A stretch of DNA of 8,662 nucleotides from Trichoplax adhaerens. Its lineage: Eukaryota > Animalia > Placozoa. Positions 7,789 through 8,662 of this stretch are shown piece by piece. The translations under genes were made by a program, and so were the position numbers. The stretch's first letter is position 1, and each line of letters opens with the position of its first letter. The notes beneath the pieces were generated by a model, which saw only the letters and a program-made list of their open reading frames with translations, did no database searches and was not told the origin of the DNA. Where the stretch lies: NCBI RefSeq assembly GCF_000150275.1, contig NW_002061174.1, positions 1-8,662 of the forward strand, in the 5' to 3' direction.

Positions 7789-8662
7789 AATTTTTGGATT
7801 TTTGTTCATGTAAAATATCGTAAGAGTTGATTTTGAGATTTGGACTTTTTGTTATGAATTTGAAACTTTGGAATTTTATGACGTGACTTGAAGTCACATT
7901 AGGAGATTTAGTGAGGAAAATAGAAAATAAGATGGAAATTGGTAGAGGTTGTGTTGATTGTTAGGTAGTTAGAATGTTGTTTTTATGACTAAATCTTGAT
8001 GTTTAAAGGTTGATTTTTAGACTTTTATAGTGTATTAATGATAGAAATTATGTTAGAAATGAAGTAAGTTTGATGTATTTTTATAGTTAGCTTGTTACTT
8101 TTATAGTGTTTTGTAAGGGAATCGTAGGGTAAATTGTGTCTGAACTTTGAATGATTTTTGTTTTCTTAAATGGTGCAAAGTAGTTTTCTAAAACGGATCT
8201 TAAGAGCGATTGGTTAGCAAATGTTTAGTTTTAAATACCTCTGACGGCTCTACGAAGCCTATAAATGATGGTGCAATTAGAAAATTTAGGGAGAGAGTAG
8301 AAGAAGATTTTATTTGAAGAACTTGTTGAATTTAAAAGGCCTTCGGGGTCGAATTGTCGTAAGTTAAAACGTTCTTCTTTTTGAAAGGTTGTTTGGTCGT
8401 TGACAGTTTTTAAGTCTGTCATTTATTTTAATAATACTTAAAGTTAAGTATTTGTAAGGTTATTCGGTTTATACTTCTCTCCATTTTTGTTTTGAAATAA
8501 ATTGTTGTTCGGTTATTTCCCCAAATTTTATTTGGTGTCAAAGTATTAGCGTTAAGTCGACCGGAGTGCAACGAAAGTAGAATCAAAGTTTGTTAAAGTT
8601 TCGTAGCTTGATCTCTACATATTTCATTTCATTACACCAACATTAAAAAATATCTTATAAGG

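Noticed and set aside
8533-8544. tggtgtcaaagt resembles a tRNA-Leu primer-binding site of Gypsy LTR elements (TGGTGTCAGAAGT)
   Set aside because: Needs a deletion, no LTR-terminal CA directly upstream, and no gag/pol visible in the window.

Overview
AT-rich eukaryotic genomic DNA from a draft assembly with two N-gaps (4348-4888, 7575-7624). The composition, the intronless GPCR and the apparently very short introns fit an early-branching animal such as a placozoan (Trichoplax-like); this taxon call is inference only. The one solid gene is an intact, single-coding-exon class A (rhodopsin-like) GPCR of neuropeptide-receptor type on the minus strand (1738-2793). Hand translation also shows three things the ORF track misses. 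(1) A frameshifted remnant of a leucine-rich-repeat GPCR (LGR/GRL101-like) at 1-~435 on the plus strand, convergent with the intact receptor. (2) A tentative multi-exon coding relic on the minus strand at ~6650-7283. (3) A compositionally distinct, strongly G/T-skewed block after the second gap (7625-8662) with a 41-bp tandem repeat, several palindromes and a long minus-strand frame interrupted only by TAA. I found no CRISPR array, RNA gene or prokaryotic system, and I cannot establish a new biological system from this window.
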